64,000 bases of DNA, taken from an uncultured Nitrososphaerales archaeon. Its GTDB lineage: Archaea; Thermoproteota; Nitrososphaeria; Nitrososphaerales; Nitrososphaeraceae. Shown here in pieces: positions 11,801 to 23,006 of this stretch (the stretch's first letter is position 1; each line of letters opens with the position of its first letter). Location of the stretch: NCBI GenBank assembly GCA_963709405.1, contig CAVPXM010000069.1, positions 1 to 64,000 on the forward strand, given 5' to 3'. A model generated the notes under the pieces. That model saw only the letters and a list, made by a program, of their open reading frames with translations. It was not told the origin of the DNA and did not search any database. The translations under genes and the position numbers were made by a program.

Positions 11801-13177
11801 ATTAGGTACACAATGTATCTCAAGCTAAATTTGTATTGGCCAAGACCATCAGACAGTTGTATCAAATTATATTAGGCAGTATAGATTTGCTGTCCTAATG
11901 GACTTAAAACAGCAAGCAATGTTAGGAACCTCTAAGGAAATGCTAATTATCACATTGTATTTTCCGCGGTTCAGGCTCATGTGATAGTTACCTCTATAGT
12001 AACGATATACTTATTCTTTTAAATAGATACTGACCAATTATGTATCATATTTGTCTGTCTATACTGCCTAAGAGACTAAAAACTCGTATTCTTTTCATTA
12101 AAATAAATTTGAAAATAGCTTTAAGTTCGAATCAAATGCAAAATAGGTGATCTCAAGTTTTAGTTCAATAATCATTCTACTTTTAAGTATCACTAGATTT
12201 AAGTCTGAATGACATCATCTACAAGTGCTTTGGTCATTCGGTAAGAGCTTGTGCCATCACCTTTTTGGGGAATCTGTAAAGTGCTGAGAGTCTTTTTATT
12301 TGTTGAAATTCATCTTCCCTAAGCTAAATGCATATTGAACTACGAAAGTAGACTGCTAAACGTAATTTTGTTAATCAGTATAGCATAAGGATTTCTGTTT
12401 TTCCTAATCTTTGTATACTCCACCTCTGTTTACATCGCATGCAGTAGTTTTTTTCGGACAGTAATCCAATGGTGGATCTACCCTTATTACCGTCTTTATC
12501 CATCTGTTATGAGATCCTACAGTTAGGCTCACCAGGCTTTTATCCTCAATCCCAAAAGCGTGGTTATACTCTTAAGTGTAATTCGTGGTTTTGGCGTACT
12601 TTGGATGCTTCATTCCTCTTTCATCCCAAAGTGTATAATAGTTAATCATTATCGCGGTGTCTCCAAATTATAGATGCTAATTACCAAACCCCAATTTTTT
12701 GTTTTGTGTAAGTAAAAATAAAATCAATCGTTTTGTCCAATGATAAAATCAGCATATAGCCAATTTAGTATTAAATTGTTTACAATTTCCTGTAGACAAA
12801 TTTATTTATCATATTACCACATTATCTTGTAGAGTTTTTCGTTATAATATGTCAGAACATGCAAGTTGTCGTCTGGACCCTGGTTTGATATCTGTTATTC
12901 TACCTCAAATTAGTCGTAAATGGCCTTTAAGTTTCGTCCTTATTATCCATTACATGATCCATTAATCCAGAACTATTGCCAAGAACAAGATTGGAGGAAC
13001 TACGTCTTTTATTTTGGTATTATGATAAACGTATGATATGAAATAATGATAGTAAGAAATTGATTAGGGTTGGTCTTAATTATAGTAACTAATATATTTT
13101 AGCATGACTTTAAAACTTCTTCCTCTATTACGACTTTCAAAAAATGATATTATGAAATGGTATCTCGAAGAAAAGGA

Positions 13178-14578
13178 CTATCTCCTGAGTGCCTCCAAGG
13201 GTGATAAGCGTGAGGCTTTCCATGCAGGAAATAGACCTGCCCCTAAACTCAGGAGTGTTGAAAGGATCCAGACATTGAATAAATCATTTGGAATAAATAC
13301 AGGATTAATATGAGATGTTCCTGCATTTCCCTGGCCTCCTCCACCTCCGCTTCCACCCTGCCCTGGCGCATTTGGGGCAAACCCCGAGGTTAATACATAT
13401 GCTCCTCCAATGCCGCTCAGAATTCCAAATGTAGAACCTATGAGACCGATAAATAGAGCTTCAGTAAGGAACAACGTAAGAATAAACCTACTTTTCGCGC
13501 CAATAGCCTTCATTGTTCCAATTTCTTTAGTTCTTTCTGTGACGGAAGTATAAAGGGTGGTAATTATCCCAACCGCTCCAACTAATAGTGCAATAAATGC
13601 TATTGCGACTGTGAATGCGCTGTTTCCACTTTGAAATCGTTGCCTAGTTTGAAGTATCGCCTTAGGCGTGATAACACCGATATTGTTACCATAAAGTCCG
13701 GTGATCTCTTGCTGTACTGCAGCTACGTAATCAGCCGACGAGGCAGCAACAACCATTTGATCATATCTTCCTGCTTTGCGGAAGAGAGAGTTACCAGTTG
13801 GTTCGTTTATTATGACTCGGTTATCTATTTGATTATTTCCTGTGGGCTGAATTATGCCACTTATAACAAAGCTCTTAGATTGTTGCTCGGTCTTTCCGGT
13901 TTTAGAGTCGACGAATGAGAAAGTCGCCCTGACAGTTTGACCGACTGTAACAAAGGGTGTTGACTTGCCAGGGGGGTTAGCAATTGTATCACCTACAAGC
14001 ATTGCAGAAGGATTATTAGATTGTATAGAAGAGCCATCAACCAATTGCAGTGAAGGATCAATCAGATATATTTTTTGAGGATCCATTGCTATGACTTGCG
14101 AGTTCAAGATATTTCCCTGCGCATTTAGCTCGAGTTGTCCTTGGTATGATGGAACCACATCCTGTACAAATGGCAGAGATTTTAGTCTATTTACTACTTC
14201 TGAATTCAATACAATAGTTGGTGTACTTCCAGATCCGGCGCGAAAGCCATTTTGACCGGAGCTCACGAAGATAACGTTGGGTGCCAATGTGTTTAGTTGT
14301 TTATTTAGGAAACTGGCTTGACCTGCACTCATCCCGTTAAGCGCCACCATCAATGCACTTCCTACAACGACCATTAAAATGGTTAAAGCAGATCTGGCCT
14401 TTCTATCTTTAAGTGCATCAAACGACAAAAAGAATATTTGCTTAAAATTTTTACTAGTATGTTTTCTTGCGTTCCTATAATTTGGTTTGAGGGAAATGGC
14501 GACACCTTGTTTTGTTATCTTTGTCTCTGATTGATGTGCTCTATTATCATGTTTCCGTAACAGGCGCATACTATTCAC
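13178..14578 (-). CDS. ABC transporter permease, MacB/FtsX family
   Basis: RSALTILMV, periplasmic core, VTERTKEIGTMKAIGA, PAWKASRLSPLEALR. Confidence 0.92.
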   Translation of the reverse strand: MNSMRLLRKHDNRAHQSETKITKQGVAISLKPNYRNARKHTSKNFKQIFFLSFDALKDRKARSALTILMVVVGSALMVALNGMSAGQASFLNKQLNTLAPNVIFVSSGQNGFRAGSGSTPTIVLNSEVVNRLKSLPFVQDVVPSYQGQLELNAQGNILNSQVIAMDPQKIYLIDPSLQLVDGSSIQSNNPSAMLVGDTIANPPGKSTPFVTVGQTVRATFSFVDSKTGKTEQQSKSFVISGIIQPTGNNQIDNRVIINEPTGNSLFRKAGRYDQMVVAASSADYVAAVQQEITGLYGNNIGVITPKAILQTRQRFQSGNSAFTVAIAFIALLVGAVGIITTLYTSVTERTKEIGTMKAIGAKSRFILTLFLTEALFIGLIGSTFGILSGIGGAYVLTSGFAPNAPGQGGSGGGGGQGNAGTSHINPVFIPNDLFNVWILSTLLSLGAGLFPAWKASRLSPLEALRR

Positions 14579-15380
14579 CTTCTGCAGATTTAGTATCTGT
14601 ATTATTATTAATAAGCCTAGATTAACAATGTTATTGTTCTTATCTGTTAGTAACGTATTTACTTACATCAATCTAATTGCCATATTCTCCTTACATAAAG
14701 AGATTCTTGCCCGCCTGAGTTCAGAGACTCTACGAATTGTTACGATCTCAAGTCTTCAGATTTTCTACCTTGACTGATCCGACATTGCTGCGAATATCGT
14801 TACTGATTCATTTTCGCGGCATATCCTTGTGAACCTTAAGGTATAGAATAATAACTCTAGTTCAAGCTTTGAAATTTGGATTCTATACTCATGTTAGGCC
14901 GACAACTTTATCGCGTTCTCGACCGATATGATAGACCTTTGTATGGCTGGTAGACTTGGGAGTTTAAAACCTATCTATCTATCTGTTACCTGGACTATAT
15001 CTGTGTTTTTGGATAGTGGTAACGATGACATTGAGCCCCCTTATTGTCCAGATTTGGCTTTAAGGGAAGTGTCTTTATCGCTTGCAATTACATAGTAGTC
15101 CAGTAACAGGAAGGCAGTTAGAAATAATTTTCTTTATTAGTACCTAGACGTTATTTTATATTGTGTTAGTGCAGCGATATTTTACTATAACTTAATATTG
15201 TCAGTTAATATGGTTAACTGATTTTAAAGATTTTGTATTATATGATAATTAGATTTAAGCGTGAATAGAAAGAGGATTAGATAGTGGTTTCCCTACTGGG
15301 TAAAGACTGGTTGGAGCGGTGGATGACTAACTTTGTTAAGTATAATTTATTACTTTCAGTTACTATTTATGATATAGACT

Positions 15381-15905
15381 ATGACAACACGGAAAAAAAC
15401 TAATTCGATACAGTTAGGGATAGCCATCGCATTAATTGCTGTAATGGTAGTTGCGGGTGGAATGACAATTTTTATCACAAAGAATGTATTTGCACAAGTA
15501 GGCGAGAAAAAGTTTACCGTCAAACTATCAGGTAAAGGTGAAGTCCCACCCAAAATTACCAAAGCAACTGGGACTGCAGAATTCACTTTGAGTAGCGATG
15601 CAAAGACAATGACATACAAAGTAGGTGTTAAAGATATAGACAAAGCTACAATGGCCCACATACATCAAGGTAAAATAGGCGAAAATGGTCCTGTAGTTGT
15701 AACTTTATTCAAAGCAGCAACTCCTACTGGTCCTAAGAGTGGAGTATTAGCACAAGGCACTATTACTTCTGATAAACTAGAAGGCCCATTGAAAGGCAAA
15801 CAGATTTCAGATCTTGTCAAGCTGATCGAAGATGGTAGTGCATACACAAATGTCCATACAGAACAGAATCCAAAAGGAGAGATTAGAGGGCAAATATCGA
15901 AGTGA
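15381..15905 (+). CDS. Secreted CHRD-domain protein
   Basis: Signal peptide, LSGKGEVPP, AHIHQG...NGPVVVTL, AYTNVHTEQNPKGEIRGQI. Confidence 0.92.
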   Translation: MTTRKKTNSIQLGIAIALIAVMVVAGGMTIFITKNVFAQVGEKKFTVKLSGKGEVPPKITKATGTAEFTLSSDAKTMTYKVGVKDIDKATMAHIHQGKIGENGPVVVTLFKAATPTGPKSGVLAQGTITSDKLEGPLKGKQISDLVKLIEDGSAYTNVHTEQNPKGEIRGQISK

Positions 15906-16067
15906 AGCAAGCATTATTTGTTCTTTAACTCCATTGTTTTTTGTACTTGACAATAATAATATCAATGAATTGGAGATTTAAGTTCAATATCATTTGATTG
16001 TGGAACGTGTCTAGTAAGTAAGGAATAGTTAAGGATAATAGTAGAAGTTACAGAATCTTCTCCCAAA

Positions 16068-16943
16068 TTGAACAACAAGAATCGATGGTTAGTAATTGTA
16101 ATTATTGCCATTGTGTTTGTAACTGTAACCATAGCTATTTCATTTTATTACCTTGGAATTATAGGACCTACTACTACACTACCCAAATTTAAGATAAGAG
16201 AAATCTATCCCACAAAGCCTGGTGGAAGAGAGTGGTTTATCAACATGAATGATCCAATAGGTGATGGGATATTCCATCCTGGTTCTCAAATTAGTAAGCA
16301 GGCAGATGGCTCATGGCAAGTAGAAGGTAGGCAGACAAATAGTAAATTTGGAAATGAGGTGAGGATGGGTGTCTATACTCTTCTAGGTCAAGAACCTTGG
16401 AAAAACGTAGAGTTAACCGGCTATGCTAAAGTTATATCGGCAGATTCTCTTTCAGATAATCATCTAGACTGGTATGCTAGAGGAGATATACATACACCTG
16501 ATGCCCCATGCGCTGGTACAGCTCTAAAAGGCTGGTTAAGTGTTAGCGGGGTTGCATCTTGGGTAAAGGAGATATGGTTCCCTGGCGGTTATACTAATCA
16601 GAGAGATATAGTTCATGCTACTAGCGATGACAATCCAATCTTGGGAAGATGGATCGGTTGGAAAGTGGTTATGTATAATATAAATAATGATAAAGCTGTA
16701 AAAATGGAATCATATTTAGATGATCAAGATAACAATCATTGGAAAAAAGTGACTAGTCTTGTAGATGACGGTGGATGGTATGCTAGAGCATCAGACGAAG
16801 ATTTCTATAGTGCTGGTTGCGGAAAACCCAAAGATTATATAATCACAAACTCCGGTCCTGTAGCTACATTCAGATCCGATAATATGATTTGGGACTTTGC
16901 AGATCTGAGCATAAGAGAAATTCAACCTCCTAAATTAATATAA
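16068..16943 (+). CDS. Membrane-anchored/secreted Trp-rich beta protein of unknown function
   Basis: 291 aa, N-terminal TM, two Cys; intact paralog of 1-773. Confidence 0.85.
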   Translation: MNNKNRWLVIVIIAIVFVTVTIAISFYYLGIIGPTTTLPKFKIREIYPTKPGGREWFINMNDPIGDGIFHPGSQISKQADGSWQVEGRQTNSKFGNEVRMGVYTLLGQEPWKNVELTGYAKVISADSLSDNHLDWYARGDIHTPDAPCAGTALKGWLSVSGVASWVKEIWFPGGYTNQRDIVHATSDDNPILGRWIGWKVVMYNINNDKAVKMESYLDDQDNNHWKKVTSLVDDGGWYARASDEDFYSAGCGKPKDYIITNSGPVATFRSDNMIWDFADLSIREIQPPKLI

Positions 16944-17125
16944 GTATGTCCATTTACAGTCACAAAACAACTCCTAACTCAACGATTAGACGTAATTTGT
17001 AGATAAATAATCTGACGTACAACTCAACTATGCGATATTCATGTTAATTTTGAGCCTGTTTATGGAACACTTGTCAAAATCAAATTCGATCTAGATGCCT
17101 ATATGCCGATAAAGTAATAATAATC

Positions 17126-17212
17126 ATGACTAAGAATAAAGATGAAGATCAACAAAAAGCTAATCTTCTAAGAGAATTGGAAGATATAGCTAAAAGAGAA
17201 TATCTTCCTTCG
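17126..17212 (+). pseudogene. N-terminal shard, possibly of an O-methyltransferase
   Basis: MTKNKDEDQQKANLLRELEDIAKREYLPS resembles the start of caffeoyl-CoA-type O-methyltransferases; ends abruptly. Confidence 0.4.
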
Positions 17213-17400
17213 GCTACTCCTTTATTTTTCTCCAGAACTAGAATATCATTGGGAGCCAGAAAAGCCATACTTGTTGGGATTTGAAGACCTCCTGCGAAAA
17301 CTTTTTCAACCTTCAAATTAGGGTCATTAACTGTGGGTCCACTAGAAGATGGTGTCGCCTTAATATATGCTCTAAGTCTTACTGAATAAGCGAAGATCAA
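17213..17400 (-). pseudogene. N-terminal shard of a PQQ-dependent sugar dehydrogenase
   Basis: DPNLKVEKVFAGGLQIPTSMAFLAPNDILVLEK matches DPHLKVESIVSGLSSPTSMAFIDNNNILVLEK of 36362-37639. Confidence 0.85.
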
Positions 17401-17427
17401 ATTTCAAAATCTAATACGTGGTCAATA

Positions 17428-18097
17428 GGCTCTGTAAAGTTAAGATATCAACCCCTTGTTATGATGAGAAACGAATAGATTCAGCCATCTCTGTATGTGT
17501 TGCAATTTACATTTATTTTTTCTACAAGGAAAATAATCGTCAAAACATTCGGTTCTGTCTTTGATGTATTGTATCGTTCTCTCGATTGTGCTTTTTTCAA
17601 ATGCAGAATGAAGATTATGCTTTATTTTTAAGAATTTACAGGCCTGTGGATACCATGTGCCGCCATCCGTTGAAATAGGATGTTCTCCATATTTTCTAAT
17701 CAGAGACTGTATAAAACGTTCTGCAACAAACATATTTCTTTCTTTGGATATGCTTATTTGAAGGATTTCTCGGTTATCGTTTTCAATGGCTATCCATAAC
17801 CAGATATATTCAGAGCCAACTTTAATGATAGTTTCATCGATTATAAACTCGGTAATACGTATTTTCTTAGAACCTAATATCTCAGGTTTGTATTTTTGAA
17901 TCCAGTCTCTTATGGCAGTATGGCTCCTTTTAATAAATCTGGATATAGCTTTGGATGTATTTCTTAATGAAAGACCAAGGAAATAAAGATACAGAGAATA
18001 TGCTATATCCTCAGGTTCCGTTCTCTTTCTTATCTGACATATCATAAGCTATATCGGAGTCATAGAGCTATAGATTTTTCCTTAACTTTACAGAGCC
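17428..18097 (-). mobile_element. Complete IS6-family insertion sequence (670 bp)
   Basis: Perfect 17-bp TIRs GGCTCTGTAAAGTTAAG (17428-17444) and CTTAACTTTACAGAGCC (18081-18097); 8-bp TSD GGTCAATA at 17420-17427 and 18098-18105. Confidence 0.95.
17440..18045 (-). CDS. IS6-family DDE transposase
   Basis: GLSLR HTH, IIDETIIKVG..YIWLWIAI, STDGGTWYP, IERTIQYIKDRT. Confidence 0.92.
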   Translation of the reverse strand: MICQIRKRTEPEDIAYSLYLYFLGLSLRNTSKAISRFIKRSHTAIRDWIQKYKPEILGSKKIRITEFIIDETIIKVGSEYIWLWIAIENDNREILQISISKERNMFVAERFIQSLIRKYGEHPISTDGGTWYPQACKFLKIKHNLHSAFEKSTIERTIQYIKDRTECFDDYFPCRKNKCKLQHIQRWLNLFVSHHNKGLIS

Positions 18098-19050
18098 GGT
18101 CAATATGATATTATTATTAATATTTTCATCACTATTTCTTACAATCAACAATAAAAGTTATAACTATGCTGAAGCGTTGGCTGTCGGTGGTGATTCTGCT
18201 GTGGCTTTACGATGTGTTAGTTATGATGCTCAGGAAAAGGAAGTTAAATTAATTCGGAGTTGCTCATTTGTCAGACATTTATAATCAAGTTAACAATCGA
18301 ACCATTTTAAATAAGGAAAAATCAAATACATCTGGAAATAATAGCAATGTATGAATTTAAGAATATTCAAGATCCGATAGCAATAACAATTCGTTGGCTT
18401 TGTGAATGTTACAAAATAGAGAAAACTATAACTACAAACAAAGAATCCTTATCAGAACCACCTAAATGAATTATATCGACAATAATCTATCTGACGGGGC
18501 TCAAATATAGACAAAAGACGGAAGTTACAGTATTCGATAATAAATTTGAATTTTAAGTCTCATGATTATAGAAGAAACGGATCGAACTACAAAGACAAAC
18601 AGGATAATAAATCAAAAATAAAAAATAGACATTTCAGATCGAATACATGCGAATATAGTGAATTTACCTGCCAAAGATAATTTTGTTCCAATATCTCTCA
18701 ATTGCAGTCAAGTAGATAGAACGGTTGCAGATGTTGCTGTATCACTGAACAAACCTTTAGCAGATCGGATGAGAGGGATCAGGGATGCAATATGAGTAAC
18801 TGTGCAAAAAAGATATTGGCAGGTCACGTGCATAGGCCAGCATGCGGTGCCATTGACGACACTCCCAGTACTTAAGTACAGACTACCAGACAACCGGCTA
18901 GATGCTTTGCTTCTGTACAAGAGAGAGTCTGTGCCTACTCAAGGTAACAAAATTCAATCCTGGGTATCTTAAACCCTCTTCTACCAATAGTAAATCTGGT
19001 TTAGTTATGTAAGATATAATTACCATTCGTGTAAGAAAGGATTCTACTTT

Positions 19051-19566
19051 TTATCGGCTTTGAGCCTTATTTGACAATTCTACTAATTTTTTTGTTTGTT
19101 CTATCCCTGTTATCGGTATTCTTTCTGGTTTAAGTAATCCTATCTGAACTAGTACCGATGCTTGATCCCAGTAAATATGTTCATGAGAAATTTTATTATT
19201 TTTGAATTTCATAACTACTACATGGGGTATTTCAACATATTTTCCAGTAGGAGCTATACCGGGTAACATATATTCTATCTCTCTATCATGTGTGAAACTT
19301 ATTATAAGTTCATCTACAACTTGATCTTTTCCAACAGTGCGTGACACATTAGTAATCTTCATATCTTTGGGCATTTTACCAATAAAATGATTCTTGTAGA
19401 AATTATAAACTCCATTATAACCTATTCCTCCGGTTAGTGTAGGAACATGATGAACATATGGATCCTCTGTCATGGTGGTCATAGTCGCATCAACATCTTC
19501 TTTGTCAAACTCAAATTCGATATGCTTATCGAAAATGTCGCCTAACTTATCTGGTTCTTTATTCAT
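19051..19566 (-). CDS. SnoaL-like ester cyclase / NTF2-fold protein
   Basis: DVDATMTTM, HVPTLTGG, VVDE, HEHIYWDQASVLVQIGLL. Confidence 0.85.
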   Translation of the reverse strand: MNKEPDKLGDIFDKHIEFEFDKEDVDATMTTMTEDPYVHHVPTLTGGIGYNGVYNFYKNHFIGKMPKDMKITNVSRTVGKDQVVDELIISFTHDREIEYMLPGIAPTGKYVEIPHVVVMKFKNNKISHEHIYWDQASVLVQIGLLKPERIPITGIEQTKKLVELSNKAQSR

Positions 19567-19738
19567 GATAATATATTCGTCTTCTTTCTAATGTATATTT
19601 AAATAATTTCAATAGTCGCAAAGCATAGGTAGAATGCCAGGATCTACCTGTCATCTCTGATAGATATCTCTAGAAGTATGAGATCTATTTCTGGAATGGA
19701 TTCCAGATTGGTTGGGGGTTTAAAATACCCCATTTTAT

Positions 19739-20170
19739 TTACTTGCTCTTTAATTTCTTCTTGCTCGAAGAGGCCTTCCTGATTGTTTCAATTGTCTCTG
19801 GAGCTGCTTCTTTTACCTGTTGAGTTGCGCCCTTGACTGTTTCAGCTGTCTCACGTACTGCAATAGTTGTCTCGTCTATCGCACTAGCCGTGTCCCTGAT
19901 TACGCCGCGTTCTCTCAAATCTTTGGCAGTTTCACTTATTTCCCTTGTAGTGTCACGCGCAGCGATCATTGCTTCTTGGATAGCATATGTGAGTTCCTCT
20001 ATAGCACCGCTTTGGTGTAAAGTTCGTACAGTATCACGTATCTTACTGGATGCTTCACGAATATTATTTGCAATATTTTTAATAGAGTCTACAGTTTTTT
20101 GTGTATTAGCGTCTACTACCGTTGTTGACTGACCAAGCTTTTCCTCTTCTTCAGGTGCAGATGATGACAT
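19739..20170 (-). CDS. Hypothetical amphipathic helical-repeat protein
   Basis: 143 aa, repeated RET/RDT-A heptads with LHQSG/LRERG turns. Confidence 0.7.
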   Translation of the reverse strand: MSSSAPEEEEKLGQSTTVVDANTQKTVDSIKNIANNIREASSKIRDTVRTLHQSGAIEELTYAIQEAMIAARDTTREISETAKDLRERGVIRDTASAIDETTIAVRETAETVKGATQQVKEAAPETIETIRKASSSKKKLKSK

Positions 20171-20600
20171 AACAAGTACAGTATATACGTAATACTATTT
20201 TAAGTTGCAAGGTAGTGGACTCTGAAAAAGTCAAGTTTCAGCCAACGCGAGCACATGGATCAGTTATGAGAGTTTAGAATTCTTTTGATTATCAATTTAT
20301 TTATAAAGACATTTTGAAATTATGCTCACTTATTCGTAGGCATAAGTAAAATAATAACTTTCTATAATATTACAGAATAGTATCTTGTCGCCTGTCATAG
20401 TATAAGTGGTCCTCAATTATCAAGTATGTATTACAAAGAATGTAACATGAGTTAGTGTTATCTCATAACTAGTATGTTGCAATCAATATTACCTTGCCAG
20501 CTTACTAAGTGAGACGATTCAGTTCTATACTGCTGACCATTAAAGGGATAATCTAGAATGAAAGTGGCACGCCGCTTCCATCCAATCAACGATATAGTTA

Positions 20601-23006
20601 ATGCTGGTTAACTACAAGTTATATTATTACTTGTATCAGAATAACAAGCAGGCAAGTTTTAGCGTGAGTGGACTTGCCAAGCCGCCATATACCCTTGTAG
20701 TTTGTGAAAAACCTGATGCGGCACGAAGAATAGCTCAGGCTCTAGGAACATCAAAATTTGAAAAGATATCAGAACTAGGGGTAGAAGGACATGAAGTAGG
20801 AGTAAGAAAAACGAAATTACTCACGCCAGTCTATTCTGCAACAGGTAGAAATAGCGATCACTTCATTGTTTGTTCAGCCTTAGGGCACCTGTACGGACTA
20901 GTAGACGTGAAAGGAAATCGCAGTGTCTATCCAGTATTTGATGTTAAATGGGTACCAATTTCAAAAAAAAGTGGAAATGGAAAAGGTGCAAGAAATATAC
21001 CCTCAAAACATCAATTGATTATAAAGGCTATTTCCTTACTTTCCCAGAAAGCTACAAGATTTATTCATGCCTGTGACTATGATCAGGAAGGCGAGGTAAT
21101 TGGTTACAATATCTTACAATATGCATGCAATAGTAAATATGAGAATTCACTGAGGGCAAAATTTTCTACGCTCACCGATGAAGAGGTAAGAAATGCATTT
21201 GATAATTTGCTAAAACCTAGTAAAGGATTAGCAGACGCGGGAAGATCGCGTCACACGATTGATTTTATCTATGGTATCAACCTCTCGCGAGCTCTCACCC
21301 AATCGTACAAGGTCAGCAACGAGGGCAAAAGGTATTATAACTTAACGATTGGTCGGGTACAAGGCCCAGCACTTGCTTTTGTTGTAGATAGAGAAATAGA
21401 CATCAGAAAGTATATTCCAACTCCTTATTGGGCCATATCTGCCGAGTTTGAGGAAAAAAATGGGCATAGAATTAAGGCCGACTATTATCAGCAAAAAATA
21501 AGCGCATTAGCCAAGGCCACATCAATAGTTAATGAATGCGTAAATCAAGATGGTAAGATTACTAAAATTGACAATCAAAAGGTGACACTCCGGCCCCCAC
21601 ATCCTTTTAATCTGGGTGATCTACAGCACGAAGCATACAGAGTATTCAAATTCTCTCCTAGTTACACGTTAGCAATTGCAGAGAAGTTGTATATCGATGC
21701 ATTAATTTCCTATCCTAGAACATCTAGCCAAAAGCTTCCGGCTTCCATTAATTATAGAAGGATTGTTTCAGGCATATCAAAAATGACTTCTTTTGCTGAA
21801 CATGTTATCAGCAGTAATAATGATAGAGGTACAAATGCCCTCAACACCAGTCCTTATGCAAGGCTGGCTGCGAACCTGCTTTCAAAAGGTTATATCCATC
21901 CAAATGAAGGCAGCAAAACCGATCCCGCACATCCTGCAATTTATCCAACAGGCGAGCAACCTAGGCGCAGGCTTGAAAATACAGAATCCAAATTGTTCGA
22001 TCTCATAATCAGAAGGTTTCTTGCAACTTTTGCTGACTCTGCTGCTATCCAGCATACAACTGTCTCCATTCTGGTCAAGGATAAGCACATATTCAACGCT
22101 CAGGGAGACAAAATGATATATGAAGGTTGGATGGACTTTTACAAACCGTATTCTAACAGAAACATCACGACAGCGTCGGCCCTAGCCCACCTGTTGCCAC
22201 AATTAAAGACTGGCGACATCCTCAAGAATATTGCTGTAACAATGGATGAGAAGTTCAGCCAACCACCTCCTAGATTCAATCAAGCCAGTTTGCTAGAAAG
22301 AATGGAAAATGAAAAAATCGGGACCAAAGCGACAAGGTCAGAAGTTATAAGCACGCTGCTCAAGAGAAATTATGTTACTAGTATTAGAACTACTACTACT
22401 ACAACTACCTCCGCTCCTCACCAACAAGGAAATATTATTGTAGGACCCAGAGGGGGAATTGAGGCTACTGATCTTGGATTTGAGATTATACAAGCAATTC
22501 GTAAATACATCCCAAATATTGTATCCATAGATCTCACTAGATCTATGGAAGAACAGCTAGAAGCAGTCGAAGTGGGCAAGGCTACAAGTGAGTCAGTAAC
22601 TGGATATGCAATAAAGAAATTAAAAGAAGCAATTGTTAGTTTCAAAGATAAAGAAATCGAGATAGGTCTACAATTAACTAATGCAGTAATATCGACTGGT
22701 AATAAACAACACCAACAAGAACGACAGCAACAGATTGTATTGGGTAGTTGCCCTGTGTGCACCAAGGGTGAATTGAAAGTTATAAGATCAAGTATAACAA
22801 AGAAGAGGTTTGTAGGATGTTCTAATTATGCATCAGGCATATGTAAGGCAACTGCACCATTACCACAAAAAGGACTAATAAAAATTACTGGCAAGCTGTG
22901 TTCTGCATGCCGATGGCCTATAGTTGGAGCATTATATGTTCGTCAGAGTAAACGTCTTTGGACATTCTGTATTAATATGCACTGTCCTTCAAAAAAGAAA
23001 ATCTAA
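20601..23006 (+). CDS. topA: DNA topoisomerase type IA with C-terminal zinc ribbon (start may be GTG 20665)
   Basis: TOPRIM CEKP and CDYDQEGE, GRVQGP, active-site ISYPRT, AHPAIYPT, IGTKATR, C-terminal CxxC clusters. Confidence 0.95.
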   Translation: MLVNYKLYYYLYQNNKQASFSVSGLAKPPYTLVVCEKPDAARRIAQALGTSKFEKISELGVEGHEVGVRKTKLLTPVYSATGRNSDHFIVCSALGHLYGLVDVKGNRSVYPVFDVKWVPISKKSGNGKGARNIPSKHQLIIKAISLLSQKATRFIHACDYDQEGEVIGYNILQYACNSKYENSLRAKFSTLTDEEVRNAFDNLLKPSKGLADAGRSRHTIDFIYGINLSRALTQSYKVSNEGKRYYNLTIGRVQGPALAFVVDREIDIRKYIPTPYWAISAEFEEKNGHRIKADYYQQKISALAKATSIVNECVNQDGKITKIDNQKVTLRPPHPFNLGDLQHEAYRVFKFSPSYTLAIAEKLYIDALISYPRTSSQKLPASINYRRIVSGISKMTSFAEHVISSNNDRGTNALNTSPYARLAANLLSKGYIHPNEGSKTDPAHPAIYPTGEQPRRRLENTESKLFDLIIRRFLATFADSAAIQHTTVSILVKDKHIFNAQGDKMIYEGWMDFYKPYSNRNITTASALAHLLPQLKTGDILKNIAVTMDEKFSQPPPRFNQASLLERMENEKIGTKATRSEVISTLLKRNYVTSIRTTTTTTTSAPHQQGNIIVGPRGGIEATDLGFEIIQAIRKYIPNIVSIDLTRSMEEQLEAVEVGKATSESVTGYAIKKLKEAIVSFKDKEIEIGLQLTNAVISTGNKQHQQERQQQIVLGSCPVCTKGELKVIRSSITKKRFVGCSNYASGICKATAPLPQKGLIKITGKLCSACRWPIVGALYVRQSKRLWTFCINMHCPSKKKI

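Noticed and set aside
11800-13100. Long ORF-free stretch as a structured ncRNA
   Set aside because: AT-rich, no extended stems or tRNA/rRNA signatures seen; more consistent with eroded genes
18690-18960. Slightly GC-richer patch with a 70-aa ORF
   Set aside because: No motif, repeat or convincing secondary structure identified
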